A stretch of DNA of 64,000 nt, taken from assembly GCA_946548575.1 (NCBI GenBank), contig CAMNPT010000001.1, positions 48,282 through 112,281 of the forward strand. The letters are read 5' to 3'. Below are positions 10,825 through 20,780 of this stretch, piece after piece (the first letter of the stretch is position 1; each line of letters starts with the position of its first letter). The DNA comes from an uncultured Clostridium sp. GTDB lineage: Bacteria; Bacillota; Clostridia; TANB77; CAG-508. The translations under genes and the position numbers were made by a program. The notes under the pieces were generated by a model. The model did no database searches and was not told the origin of the DNA. It was given only the letters and a program-made list of their open reading frames with translations.

Positions 10825-11527
10825 TTATTCTTTAATTTCCTTAGATAACTTTTGTATTGCTTTTGTTTCAATTCTTGATACATAGGAACGAGAAATTCCC
10901 ATCATTTTAGCTATTTCATTTTGAGTTTTTGGTTTATATCCATCTAATCCAAACCTAAGTTCTAAAATTCTTTTTTCTCTATCTTTCAATATTTCCTTCA
11001 TTTTTTCATAAAGTAATTTAATTTTCATCTTTACATCTACTTCATCCTCAATATTTCTTTCATTATTCTCCAATATTTCTTGAAGTGTAACTACATTATC
11101 ATCTTTATCTTTTCCAATAGGCTCATTTAAATATACCTCTGCTCCTAATTTTTTTGTTGCTCTTAAGTGCATCAAAATTTCATTATCTATACATCTTGAC
11201 ACATATGTAGAAAGTCTAGCACCTTTTTCAATTTTAAAACTATTTATTCCTTTTATTAAACCTATTGTCCCTATAGAAATTAAGTCCTCTTGGTCAACCT
11301 TTGTAGTATTATATTTTTTAGCTACATAAGCTACTAATCTTAAGTTTCTTTCAATCAATATATTTCTAGCCTCTTCATCTCCTTTTGCCATTTGTTCTAG
11401 ACAGTTTTTCTCTTCTTCAGATGATAATGGCTCTGGAAATACATTGCTACTTTGTATATATCCGTACAACAAAAACAGCTGATTTTAAAAATCCAAGTAA
11501 ACCACTTACACAAAGAGTTGTAAACAT
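10825..11527 (-). CDS. sigK: sporulation sigma factor sigma-K (pro-sigma-K with N-terminal pro-sequence), +1 frameshift at + strand 11464
   Basis: ATG with GGAGGTG RBS encodes MFTTLCVSGLLGFLKSAVFVV (pro-sigma-K-like); frame then shifts (gta-C-gga) into YIQSSNVFPEPLSSEEEK...regions 2-4 (DLISIGTIGLIKGINSF, GISRSYVSRIE). Confidence 0.75.
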
Positions 11528-11628
11528 AAATGCACCTCCAATTTCTTGTTATTCAAATTATATGAATAAAATTTTTCAAAAGTGCATGACCTTTATTTTT
11601 TATTCATATATTTTATTAGAGGTGTTAT

Positions 11629-12354
11629 ATGAGTTTTGTTATAGATTGTATAAAAGGTATCGCAATTGGAAGTGGAGCCATTTTACCTGGTATTAGTAGT
11701 GGTGTATTTATGGTTATTTTTGGGATTTATGAAAAATTTTTGGATAGTATATTAAACTTTTTTGATAATCCTAAAAAAAATTTTTTGTTTTTATTACCTT
11801 ATATTATTGGTATTTTTTTTGGTGTTTTTATCTTTGGTAATATTTTAAATTACTTATTTATTAAATTTCCAATACAAATTAAGTGTTTATTTTGTATATT
11901 AATTTTGAGTAGTCTTCCAAAATTAATAAAAGAAACCAATACTAAGGTTTCTTTTAAGTTTTATTACATAATCTATATATTAATTGCATTTGCAATTGGT
12001 TTTTTTTCTGTTTATTTAGAAAAAAATATTTCTTTTGATGGATGTTTTAATTATAATTTTTTCTATTTATTTTTTTGTGGTTTTCTTATGTCTATTGGTG
12101 TTGTTGTTCCTGGACTAAGTAGTACAGTTATTTTAATGTTGTTAGGTATTTATTCAGTATATTTAAATTCAATTTCTTATATATATCTACCAATTCTATT
12201 ACCTATGGGATTTGGGCTAATTATTGGCTCATTATTTTTTATGAAATTAATTAAATATTTATTAGAAAATTTTTATGCCCAGACATTTTATAGCATCATT
12301 GGTTTTAGTTTAGGATCTATACTTGTTCTTCTGCCTTTTACTTTTTTCTTCTAA
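11629..12354 (+). CDS. DUF368 family membrane protein
   Basis: polytopic membrane protein with duplicated G(I/L)S(S/R)(S/G) motifs typical of DUF368; GAGGTG RBS. Confidence 0.6.
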   Translation: MSFVIDCIKGIAIGSGAILPGISSGVFMVIFGIYEKFLDSILNFFDNPKKNFLFLLPYIIGIFFGVFIFGNILNYLFIKFPIQIKCLFCILILSSLPKLIKETNTKVSFKFYYIIYILIAFAIGFFSVYLEKNISFDGCFNYNFFYLFFCGFLMSIGVVVPGLSSTVILMLLGIYSVYLNSISYIYLPILLPMGFGLIIGSLFFMKLIKYLLENFYAQTFYSIIGFSLGSILVLLPFTFFF

Positions 12355-13579
12355 TTATCCAGTTTTTTTCACATTTTATTGGTAGTTTCATCTTTACTTT
12401 TTGCCCTTTTACTCCTGGGCTTATTTCCTGTATTTCTTCATTTGTTTCAACATCATATAATTTTTCTATTTTAAATTCTTCTGCTTTAATTTTATTTGGT
12501 ACAATTATTTCCAAAACATCTCCAACTGATAATTTATTTTTTATTTCTATTATAGCTAAATCATCTTCACAATTATCAATAATTTTTCCACCAAATTCAT
12601 AATTTTCATTATATTGTTTTCCACTATATTCTTGGATATCTTTGTTATTTCTTTCATTAAAGTAAAATGTTGTTAATCCTCTTGTCTTTACTTTTTCTAA
12701 CTCTTTTAAATATAAATTATAGTCATAATTTTCAGGATCTTTTTTATAATCATCTATTGCATTTCTATATGCATTTATAACACTTGCTAAATAATATTCT
12801 GTTTTTAATCTTCCCTCAATCTTTAGGCTATCTATTCCCATTTCAATAATTTCTGGTATTTCTTTTATTAAACATAAGTCTTTTGAAGAAAAAATGCTTG
12901 TACCATATTCATTTATTTCTATTGGCATAAATCCTCCAGGATTATTTTTTTCTTCTGCATACAAATTATATGACCATCTACAGCTTTGCGCACAATCTCC
13001 TAAATTTGCGCTTCTACATGATAAAAAATCACTTAAGAAACATCTTCCAGAATATGCAAAGCATATAGCTCCATGAACAAATATTTCTATTTCCATTCCA
13101 TCTGGTTTATTTTCCATTATGTATTTTAGTTGTTCTTTATTTATTTCTCTAGCCATTATCATTCTTTTTGCTCCATTTTTGTACCAGAAATTTGCTGAAT
13201 GTAGGCTTACAACATTTGCTTGTGTGCTTACATTTATTTTTACACTTGGAGCATACTGTTTTATAACTTCTATAACTCCTCCATCTGCTGCAATTATTCC
13301 ATCAGGTTTTAACTCTTCCAATTTTTTTGCCATTTCTATTATTTCATCATATTTTTCGTCCCAAGCAAAAATATTTAAAGTTACATATACTTTCTTTCCT
13401 ATGCTATGGGCATATTTTATTGTTTTTTCTAAGTCATCATTTTCCATATCTGCTCTTGTTCTTAATGATAATGATGATGTTCCAGCATAAACTGCATCTG
13501 CTCCATAAAGAAAAGCTATTTTTGCTTTTTCATAAGAACCAGCTGGTGCTAATAATTCTATTTCTTTCATTTTTATCAC
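12338..13579 (-). CDS. U32 family peptidase (YrrO/TrhP-like, possibly tRNA U34 hydroxylation)
   Basis: U32 collagenase-family N-terminus MKEIELLAPAGS...; 413 aa; lies near an O-methyltransferase as in B. subtilis yrrM-yrrN-yrrO. Confidence 0.75.
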   Translation of the reverse strand: MIKMKEIELLAPAGSYEKAKIAFLYGADAVYAGTSSLSLRTRADMENDDLEKTIKYAHSIGKKVYVTLNIFAWDEKYDEIIEMAKKLEELKPDGIIAADGGVIEVIKQYAPSVKINVSTQANVVSLHSANFWYKNGAKRMIMAREINKEQLKYIMENKPDGMEIEIFVHGAICFAYSGRCFLSDFLSCRSANLGDCAQSCRWSYNLYAEEKNNPGGFMPIEINEYGTSIFSSKDLCLIKEIPEIIEMGIDSLKIEGRLKTEYYLASVINAYRNAIDDYKKDPENYDYNLYLKELEKVKTRGLTTFYFNERNNKDIQEYSGKQYNENYEFGGKIIDNCEDDLAIIEIKNKLSVGDVLEIIVPNKIKAEEFKIEKLYDVETNEEIQEISPGVKGQKVKMKLPIKCEKNWIIRRKK

Positions 13580-13716
13580 TACTTTCTTATAATTTTGTTT
13601 ACCATAATATTATATAAGTCTTTGAAAACATTGTCAATACTTTATTTTTACCATATTTTATGTTATAATATAATTAAGTAACTTTGTTGTAAATTTTTTT
13701 AAGGAGGTAATTTTAT

Positions 13717-14520
13717 ATGCGACAAATACCATCATTAGATCAAGCTTTTAAAGGAGCAAAAAGTGTTCCGGAAGTTATCCGGAATCAGATTGGACTTCTT
13801 AATTTAGAAGCTAAATCTAATGAAATAACAATATTTACCCGTCGACTAGAGTTATATTACAGTTACATAACTGATAAAACTCTACTCAAAACTCAAAGAG
13901 AATTTTTTGAAGGCTTCTATCACGAAATTGATGAAAAATATCCAGATATTCTTTTTAGACTAGAGGGTAGGCGAAAATCATTCATAAGTGCATACAAAAA
14001 GCTCTGGCGAGCAGATTCTTATGCAACAATGAAAGATATTTCCGGTTTTAGAATTACCCTTTTTGGGGATGATTCTGAAAAACTCATTAAGCAGTGCTAT
14101 ACTGTAATGGATTTGCTATTTAATTATAGCTTAAATGCTGAAGAAGTAGAACCATGCATGGCAACACCGCTAAAGGATACAAAACGTTCAGGTAACTCAT
14201 CATTACTCTCTGAAGATATCCAGCCTTATGTTAAGGATTATATTCATAATCCAAAAGAAAATGGATATCAAAGTCTTCACATGATTTTCCAAGCAAAGCT
14301 TGGCTATTATTTCGAAGTTCAAATTAGGACATTTGATATGCATATGCATGCAGAATATGGTCAAGCTTCACACGCTGTTTACAAGAAAAAATATGATGAA
14401 CTGGAATTTGACCGAAGTTTGGTTAATATTCCTGGATATTGTATAATAGGAGATAAACTATATGACTGGGTAGGTCTAGAGGAATCTCAGGAGATTCTGC
14501 GTAGACAGAAAACCTTCTAA
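13717..14520 (+). CDS. RelA/SpoT-domain protein (small alarmone synthetase-like, possibly toxSAS-like); GC-rich insertion
   Basis: motifs EGRRKSFISAYKKL, DISGFRITLFG, ENGYQSLHMIF, FEVQIRTFDMHMHAEYG; ~40% GC vs ~27% flanks; strong RBS AAGGAGG. Confidence 0.7.
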   Translation: MRQIPSLDQAFKGAKSVPEVIRNQIGLLNLEAKSNEITIFTRRLELYYSYITDKTLLKTQREFFEGFYHEIDEKYPDILFRLEGRRKSFISAYKKLWRADSYATMKDISGFRITLFGDDSEKLIKQCYTVMDLLFNYSLNAEEVEPCMATPLKDTKRSGNSSLLSEDIQPYVKDYIHNPKENGYQSLHMIFQAKLGYYFEVQIRTFDMHMHAEYGQASHAVYKKKYDELEFDRSLVNIPGYCIIGDKLYDWVGLEESQEILRRQKTF

Positions 14521-14528
14521 AAAAATTT

Positions 14529-14563
14529 CCCACCATTAAGCAATTGCTTAGGTGGGATTTTTA
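14529..14563. terminator. strong bidirectional terminator (CCCACC...GGTGGG stem with inner TAAGCAATTGCTTA palindrome)
   Basis: long GC-containing hairpin flanked by A-run upstream and T-run downstream. Confidence 0.7.
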
Positions 14564-15148
14564 TTTTAATATACTTATTGCAAGTCCATCTCCAACATCT
14601 AAAATTTCTGTATCTAAATTTGGATTATCTAGTACTTCTTTTATATATTCTCTTAAATTTCTAACTGCTGTTCTTTGTTTATGTTTATTATAATCACTCA
14701 TGACATAACCTTTGTATAAAATATTATCTGCAAAAATTACTCCGCCTTTTTTTAATAATCTTAATGATTCTTTTAAGAAAAATGGATATTTTCCCTTTGC
14801 TGCATCAATAAATATCATATCATATTTTTTATCTAAACTTGGGAGAATTTCAACAGCATCACCCTCATAAATATTTATTTGTCTTTTTACATCTGCTCTT
14901 TTTATATTTTCCCTTGCTTCTATTACTCTTTCTTTTTCTCTTTCTATTGTATCTATAGTTCCATCTTCACTTAAAAATTCTGAAAAACAAATTGCAGAAT
15001 AACCTACTGCTGTACCAATTTCTAGAATATCAATTATTTCTTTATTTTCTAAATATTTTTTTATTGTTTCTAATGTGTCATCCATTATTATTGGAATATG
15101 ATCTTCTAAAGCTTTTTGTTTAATTTTTTGTAATTCTATCTTATTCAT
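14561..15148 (-). CDS. class I SAM-dependent O-methyltransferase (YrrM/TrmR-like)
   Basis: O-methyltransferase family 3 fold, SAM-binding ILEIGTAVGYS, DMIFIDAAK; 195 aa. Confidence 0.7.
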   Translation of the reverse strand: MNKIELQKIKQKALEDHIPIIMDDTLETIKKYLENKEIIDILEIGTAVGYSAICFSEFLSEDGTIDTIEREKERVIEARENIKRADVKRQINIYEGDAVEILPSLDKKYDMIFIDAAKGKYPFFLKESLRLLKKGGVIFADNILYKGYVMSDYNKHKQRTAVRNLREYIKEVLDNPNLDTEILDVGDGLAISILK

Positions 15149-15620
15149 GTTCTATTCCTTTTTCACCAGTATTTTCTTCATATACTGACATTATAATTGA
15201 TTGAAAAAATTTATTATGATTTCTAAATTGTTGTACACTTGATAAAGCTTTAATAATTTCTTCTTCATTTTTTCCATTTTGCATTTCACGTTTTATTTTT
15301 TTAACCATTTGTTGTCTTTTTGAAAATGTATCATTTATCCATCCTTCAAAATAAGCTCCAAATTTCTTATATTTCTCTTCAGAATTTAATTTTTCGATTA
15401 ATTCAGCTATTGATTTATTATTGTAAACATAATCAAATATCAATTCCATAATTTCTATTTTTACCTTATAATATTCCTTATTTTCAGATTGAGTTTTTTT
15501 ATTTTTTTCTGTTTCTATTGGTTTGATATATATTTTATCTACAAAACTTGAATAAACATTTCTATCTGGAACTTTATGTAATCTATTAGTTCCATTATTT
15601 TTTTTATTAGAGTATCTCAT
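15141..15620 (-). CDS. hypothetical protein
   Basis: 159 aa ORF, lysine-rich; 8 nt overlap with the downstream methyltransferase suggests an operon. Confidence 0.4.
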   Translation of the reverse strand: MRYSNKKNNGTNRLHKVPDRNVYSSFVDKIYIKPIETEKNKKTQSENKEYYKVKIEIMELIFDYVYNNKSIAELIEKLNSEEKYKKFGAYFEGWINDTFSKRQQMVKKIKREMQNGKNEEEIIKALSSVQQFRNHNKFFQSIIMSVYEENTGEKGIEHE

Positions 15621-15629
15621 ATTTATCTC

Positions 15630-17448
15630 CTATTTATTATTTCTAGCTGCCCTTTCACGTTCTTTACTATCTAATATTTTCTTTCTTAAACGAATTGATT
15701 TTGGAGTTACTTCTACTAACTCGTCATCTTGTATAAATTCAATTGCTTTTTCTAATGACATTTGAATAGGTGGCACTAAACGCAATGCTTCATCTGAACC
15801 AGAAGCTCTAGTATTTGTTAAGTGTTTTTCTTTACATACATTTATTGCTAAATCCTCTCCCCTCGAATTTAGACCAACTATCATTCCTTCATATACCTCT
15901 ACACCAGGTCCGGATAAACAATTCTCCTTTATCTTGTGCATTATATAATCCGTAAGTCACAGATTTTCCATTTTCAAAAGCTATAATTGTTCCTCTAACT
16001 CTAGATTGAATATCACCTTTATATGGTTCATAAGAGTCAAATATATGGTTCATTATACCTTCACCTTTTGTGTCTGTTAAGAATTCTGTTCTGTAACCAA
16101 TAATTCCTCTTGCTGGAATTTTAAACTCTATTTTTGTATGTCCATCTTCTGCTGGCTCCATATTTACCATTTCAGCTTTTCTTCTACCTAGCTTTTCTAT
16201 AACATTTCCAACACAATCATCTGGTACATTTACAACTAATAATTCAATTGGTTCACATTTTACTCCATCAATTTCTTTAAAAATAACTTTTGGTCTAGAT
16301 ACTAAAAGCTCAAAACCTTCTCTTCTCATTGTTTCTATTAATACTGATAAATGAAGTTCTCCTCTTCCTGAAACTTCGAAACTATCTGGTGTTTCTGTTT
16401 CTTTGACCCTTAAAGATACATTTCTCTCTAATTCTTTAAATAATCTATCTCTTATATGTCTTGATGTTATTAAATTTCCTTCTTTTCCTGCAAAAGGTCC
16501 ATTATTAACACTAAATGTCATAGAAACTGTAGGCTCATCAATATCTACAAATGGGATTTTTTCTGGATGATCAAAATCACAAATTGTATCTCCAATATTA
16601 ATATTTGAAAGGCCTGCAAGTTCTATAATATCCCCAGCTTTACCTTCTTCTACTTCTACCTTATTTAAACCAATATGAGTATAAATTTTGGCGATTCTTC
16701 CTTGCAAAATTTTATCTTCTTTTCCGCAAATTGAAACAGGCATACCTAATTTAATAATTCCTCTTTCTACTCTTCCTACTGCAATTCTACCAACATAGTC
16801 ATCATAATCTATATTAGAAACAAGCATTTGAGCAGGTCCTTCTTCATCACAATTTGGTGCACTAATAGTATTTATAATTGTATCAAAAAGACATGATAAA
16901 TCTTCTGAATTATCATTTAAATCCATCTTTGCTATACCTTGTTTTGCAGATGCATATACAACAGGAAATTCTAACTGTTCATCAGTTGCATCTAACTCTA
17001 TAAAAAGTTCAATTACTTGATCCACAACTTTTTCAGGAGTAGCTCCAGGTCTATCTATTTTGTTAATAACAACTATTGGTTTTAATCCTAATGCTAGAGA
17101 TTTTTTTAAAACCTCTCTTGTTTGAGGCATTGCACCTTCAAACGCATCAACCAATAAAAGTACTCCATCAACAGTTTTAAGAACCCTCTCAACCTCTCCA
17201 CCAAAATCAGCATGGCCTGGTGTATCTACTATATTAATTTTTATATCTCCATGCATAACTGAAGTATTTTTAGAAAGAATTGTAATTCCTCTTTCCTTTT
17301 CTTGGTCATTAGAATCCATTACTCTTTCTTGTATTTGTTCATTTTCTCTAAAAATATTACTTTGTTTAAGCATTGCATCAACCAATGTAGTTTTACCATG
17401 ATCTACGTGTGCTATAATTGCTATATTTCTTATTTTTTCATTTATCAT
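15630..17448 (-). CDS. typA: translational GTPase TypA/BipA, +1 frameshift at + strand ~15912
   Basis: N-terminal AHVDHGKTTL, DTPGHADFGGEVER; ORF 15889..17448 ends ...GELFIRTWCRGI* while the next frame continues GPGVEVYEGMIVG...KSIRLRKK (ORF 15630..15941); atc-C-gga. Confidence 0.8.
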
Positions 17449-17466
17449 TTTTCTTACCCCTCCAAA

Positions 17467-17545
17467 TTGCCATTAGGGTCGGAGATAAATGGCAACTTAT
17501 GTTCGACAAACAAAAATTGCCATTTATCTCCGACCCCAATGGCAA
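17467..17545. repeat. 29 bp inverted repeat (TTGCCATTAGGGTCGGAGATAAATGGCAA / one mismatch) with a 21 nt loop, immediately upstream of the typA RBS
   Basis: read directly; GC-rich arms; on + strand followed by a T-run; on minus strand abuts GGAGGGG-ATG of typA. Confidence 0.7.
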
Positions 17546-17577
17546 CTTTTTATCTAAAATATTATATAACTTTTTTA

Positions 17578-18174
17578 CTATTTTGTCAAATCTATTATTT
17601 TATCCATTATTTCCTTTGTTACTTTATCTAATGTTTCTTTATCTTTAGCTCCTTTATATTCGCTAAAATCCAGTGGTTTTCCATAGGTTATTGTAACTTT
17701 CCAATTTCCTTTTTCTCCACCTTTTATTCCACAGGGTATTACAGGTGCTCCACTTCTTAATGCAAAAAATGCTGCACCATCTTTTACTTGTTCTCCTTTT
17801 GCTAATCCATTTCTAGTTCCCTCTGGAAATAGTGCTAAACAGTATCCGTTTTTTAATGTTTTTAATGATTCTTTTATTGCATTTATCTCTTTAGAATCTC
17901 TTTTTACGAGTATTGCATCAAAAACATGTCCTAAAAAAGCGAGAAATTTACTTTTGGTTAATTCTTCTTTTGCTAAAAATCTTGTATATCTTCCACATGT
18001 TACTTCTATTAAAGGTGGGTCTAAAAAGCTTTTATGGTTTCCACATATTATAACTTGTCCCTTTTTTGGTATGTTGTTTTTTCCTATTACTTTTGCTCTA
18101 TATACTATTTTGCAGTATGCATAAATTGCTCCTTTTACAATTCCTCTTCCTATCGTTTTTAAAATTTTTTTCAT
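17578..18174 (-). CDS. plsC: 1-acyl-sn-glycerol-3-phosphate acyltransferase
   Basis: acyltransferase HX4D motif region CGNHKSFLDP and FPEGTRN; 198 aa. Confidence 0.8.
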   Translation of the reverse strand: MKKILKTIGRGIVKGAIYAYCKIVYRAKVIGKNNIPKKGQVIICGNHKSFLDPPLIEVTCGRYTRFLAKEELTKSKFLAFLGHVFDAILVKRDSKEINAIKESLKTLKNGYCLALFPEGTRNGLAKGEQVKDGAAFFALRSGAPVIPCGIKGGEKGNWKVTITYGKPLDFSEYKGAKDKETLDKVTKEIMDKIIDLTK

Positions 18175-18183
18175 ATTTTCCCC

Positions 18184-18843
18184 CTATTTTTTTATAATGT
18201 CTATAATTTTTTTAACCACTTCTTCTATTGTCATATTGCTAGAATCTATATATATTGCATCTTCAGCTTGTTTCAATGCTCCAACTTTTTTTTCTTTATC
18301 ATTTTTATCTCTTAATTCTATATTTTTATATATTTCTTCATAACTCATATTTATTCCATTTTCTTGATTTTGTTTATATCTTCTTTTTGCTCTTTCTTCT
18401 ATACTTGCATCTAAATATATTTTTACATCTGCTTTTGGAAATACATAAGTTCCTATATCTCTTCCTTCCATAATAACATTATTTGTTTTTGCATATTCTC
18501 TGAAAATTTCATTTAATTTAAATCTTACTTCTGGTATTGATGATATTTGTGATACAATATTAGATACATCTTTTTCTCTAATTCTTTTACTTACATCTTC
18601 TCCATTTAAATAAACAATATCTTTATTATCTTCAATTTTAAATTCAATTTTAATATTATCTAAAAGTTTTATGATTTTTTCATTTTCTTGTAAATCTATT
18701 CCTTGTCTTATTGTTTCTAAAGCTACGCATCTATATGCTGAACCTGTTCCTATATTTATTAATCCTAATTTTTTACTTAAAATCTCGGTTACTGTTCCTT
18801 TTCCGCTTCCTGCTGGTCCATCTATTGCTACTATGAAAGACAT
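18184..18843 (-). CDS. cmk: cytidylate kinase
   Basis: IAIDGPAGSGKGTV P-loop, cytidylate kinase length 219 aa; operon with plsC. Confidence 0.85.
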   Translation of the reverse strand: MSFIVAIDGPAGSGKGTVTEILSKKLGLINIGTGSAYRCVALETIRQGIDLQENEKIIKLLDNIKIEFKIEDNKDIVYLNGEDVSKRIREKDVSNIVSQISSIPEVRFKLNEIFREYAKTNNVIMEGRDIGTYVFPKADVKIYLDASIEERAKRRYKQNQENGINMSYEEIYKNIELRDKNDKEKKVGALKQAEDAIYIDSSNMTIEEVVKKIIDIIKK

Positions 18844-18855
18844 TTTTATTCCTCC

Positions 18856-19723
18856 TTATTCTCCTTCTTCTGGTATATATATCTGTTTTGCTACTACATC
18901 TACTTCAACAACATTCATTGCTGTTAATTTTTCAATTTCTTTTTTTGATTTATTTTTAAATTTACTTAATCCATCCATAACATTAAAACCATATACTATA
19001 CTAACTTCCATATAAATTTTTGCGCCTTCTCCAAAATTATCAACCCTTGTTTTTAAAATTTTATGAATTGCTGGTGTTTGTATTGCCAAATATTCTAGTA
19101 TTTGTCTAAATACTAAATCTGATATAGTAAATTTACCTAAATAACTGAATGTTGGTCTTATTATTGACTTTTCTGAAATATATGGTTTTTCTCCTTTTCC
19201 TTTAGTTTTAAAAATTTGAAGTGGGTCTAATAAATATCCTGAAAAATCCTTTTTTATTTCAAATGTAGGAACTGGTATTACGTGTTTACCCTCAGTTACT
19301 CTAATTTTCCTTGCTGTTTGCATTTCTTCTTCTGTTGCAACGTCAGTAATATATGTTGTATCTGAAATCTCAGGTAATCCTAAATTTGATGCAATTTTTT
19401 GAACCATTCCATCTGAAGTTCCCAAAATTAATATGCTTTCTGGTTTGTATTTTTTTAATGCTTTTATTATTTCCTCTTTTTCTTCATCTTCATAAAATAA
19501 AGCATGTTTAACTGTTGCAACTTTTGTGTCTGCTTTTTTTGCAGATGATCCAGCTATAACTGCATTATCTTTAATTAATAAACCATCATCAATTATAAAA
19601 TGTGTATTTTTTTCTCCGGCTACCATTTGTGCTCTATAGCTTTTCCCAGTGCCTGATGGTCCGTACAAATGCATATACTTTAATTTTATTTAAAAATGGC
19701 AATTTCATATCTTTTAATAACAT
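18856..19723 (-). CDS. P-loop ATPase fused to Asp23/Gls24 (DUF322) domain, +1 frameshift at + strand 19663
   Basis: ATG with GAGGAG RBS encodes MLLKDMKLPFLNKIKVYAFV then gta-C-gga shifts into GPSGTGKSY...; C-terminal Asp23-like region. Confidence 0.6.
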
Positions 19724-19755
19724 TTTTTTCTCCTCTTAATATCCATTTATGAACA

Positions 19756-20775
19756 TTACAAATTTTTTCTTCTAAGTTGTCCACATGCAGCATCAATATC
19801 TGAACCTAGCTCTCTACGTATTGTAGCAACAATGCCATGTTCATTTAAATAATCTCTAAATTTTATTATATTTTCATTTGAGCTTTTATTAAATTTTCCG
19901 TTTTCAATTTTATTAATTGGAATTAAATTAACATGACATAACATCCCATTTAACAATTTTACTAATTCTTTTGCATCTTCTAAATTGTCATTATTATCTT
20001 TTGCTAATGCATATTCAAAAGATATTCTTCTATTTGTTTTTGCAATATATTCTTTACATGCTTTTATTAATTCTTCAATTGGATACATATTATTTACTGG
20101 CATCATACTACTTCTTTTTTTATTATTTGTTGCATGTAGTGAAATAGATAGTGTACATTGTATATTTTCTTCTGCAAGTTTATATATATTAGGAACTAGT
20201 CCACTTGTAGAAACGCTTATATGTCTTGCACCAATATTAAGTCCTTTAGGATTATTTATAATTCTAATACTATTTACTACATTTTCGTAATTATTTAGTG
20301 GTTCTCCTATTCCCATATATACTACATTTGATACTCTTAAATTTGTATCTTGTTCTACTGCTAGTATTTGTTCTACAATTTCACCACTTGTTAAGTTTCT
20401 TGCAAATGCTATTCCTGTTGATGCACAAAATTTACAGCCCATTTTACAGCCAATTTGTGATGAAACACAAATACTATATCCATGGTGATAACTCATTAAA
20501 ACTGTTTCTATTGCATTTCCATCTAATAAATCAAATAAATATTTTATTGTTCCATCTTTTGATTCTTGTTTTTTCAAAATTTTAAAATTACAAATTGTAT
20601 AATTTTGTTTTAGCTTTTCTCTTAATTCTTTAGATAAGTTAGTCATTTCATCAAAAGATTTTACTTTTTCTTGATAAAGCCATTTAAAGATTTGCTCTGC
20701 TCTGTATGGTTTTTCATTTATATTTATTAATTCTTCTTTTAATTCATTTAAATCATAATCTTTTATATTTTTCAT
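19756..20775 (-). CDS. rlmN: 23S rRNA (adenine2503-C2)-methyltransferase RlmN (radical SAM)
   Basis: radical SAM CxxxCxxC (CKMGCKFCAS), RlmN/Cfr family; 339 aa. Confidence 0.85.
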   Translation of the reverse strand: MKNIKDYDLNELKEELININEKPYRAEQIFKWLYQEKVKSFDEMTNLSKELREKLKQNYTICNFKILKKQESKDGTIKYLFDLLDGNAIETVLMSYHHGYSICVSSQIGCKMGCKFCASTGIAFARNLTSGEIVEQILAVEQDTNLRVSNVVYMGIGEPLNNYENVVNSIRIINNPKGLNIGARHISVSTSGLVPNIYKLAEENIQCTLSISLHATNNKKRSSMMPVNNMYPIEELIKACKEYIAKTNRRISFEYALAKDNNDNLEDAKELVKLLNGMLCHVNLIPINKIENGKFNKSSNENIIKFRDYLNEHGIVATIRRELGSDIDAACGQLRRKNL

Positions 20776-20780
20776 ACTTC

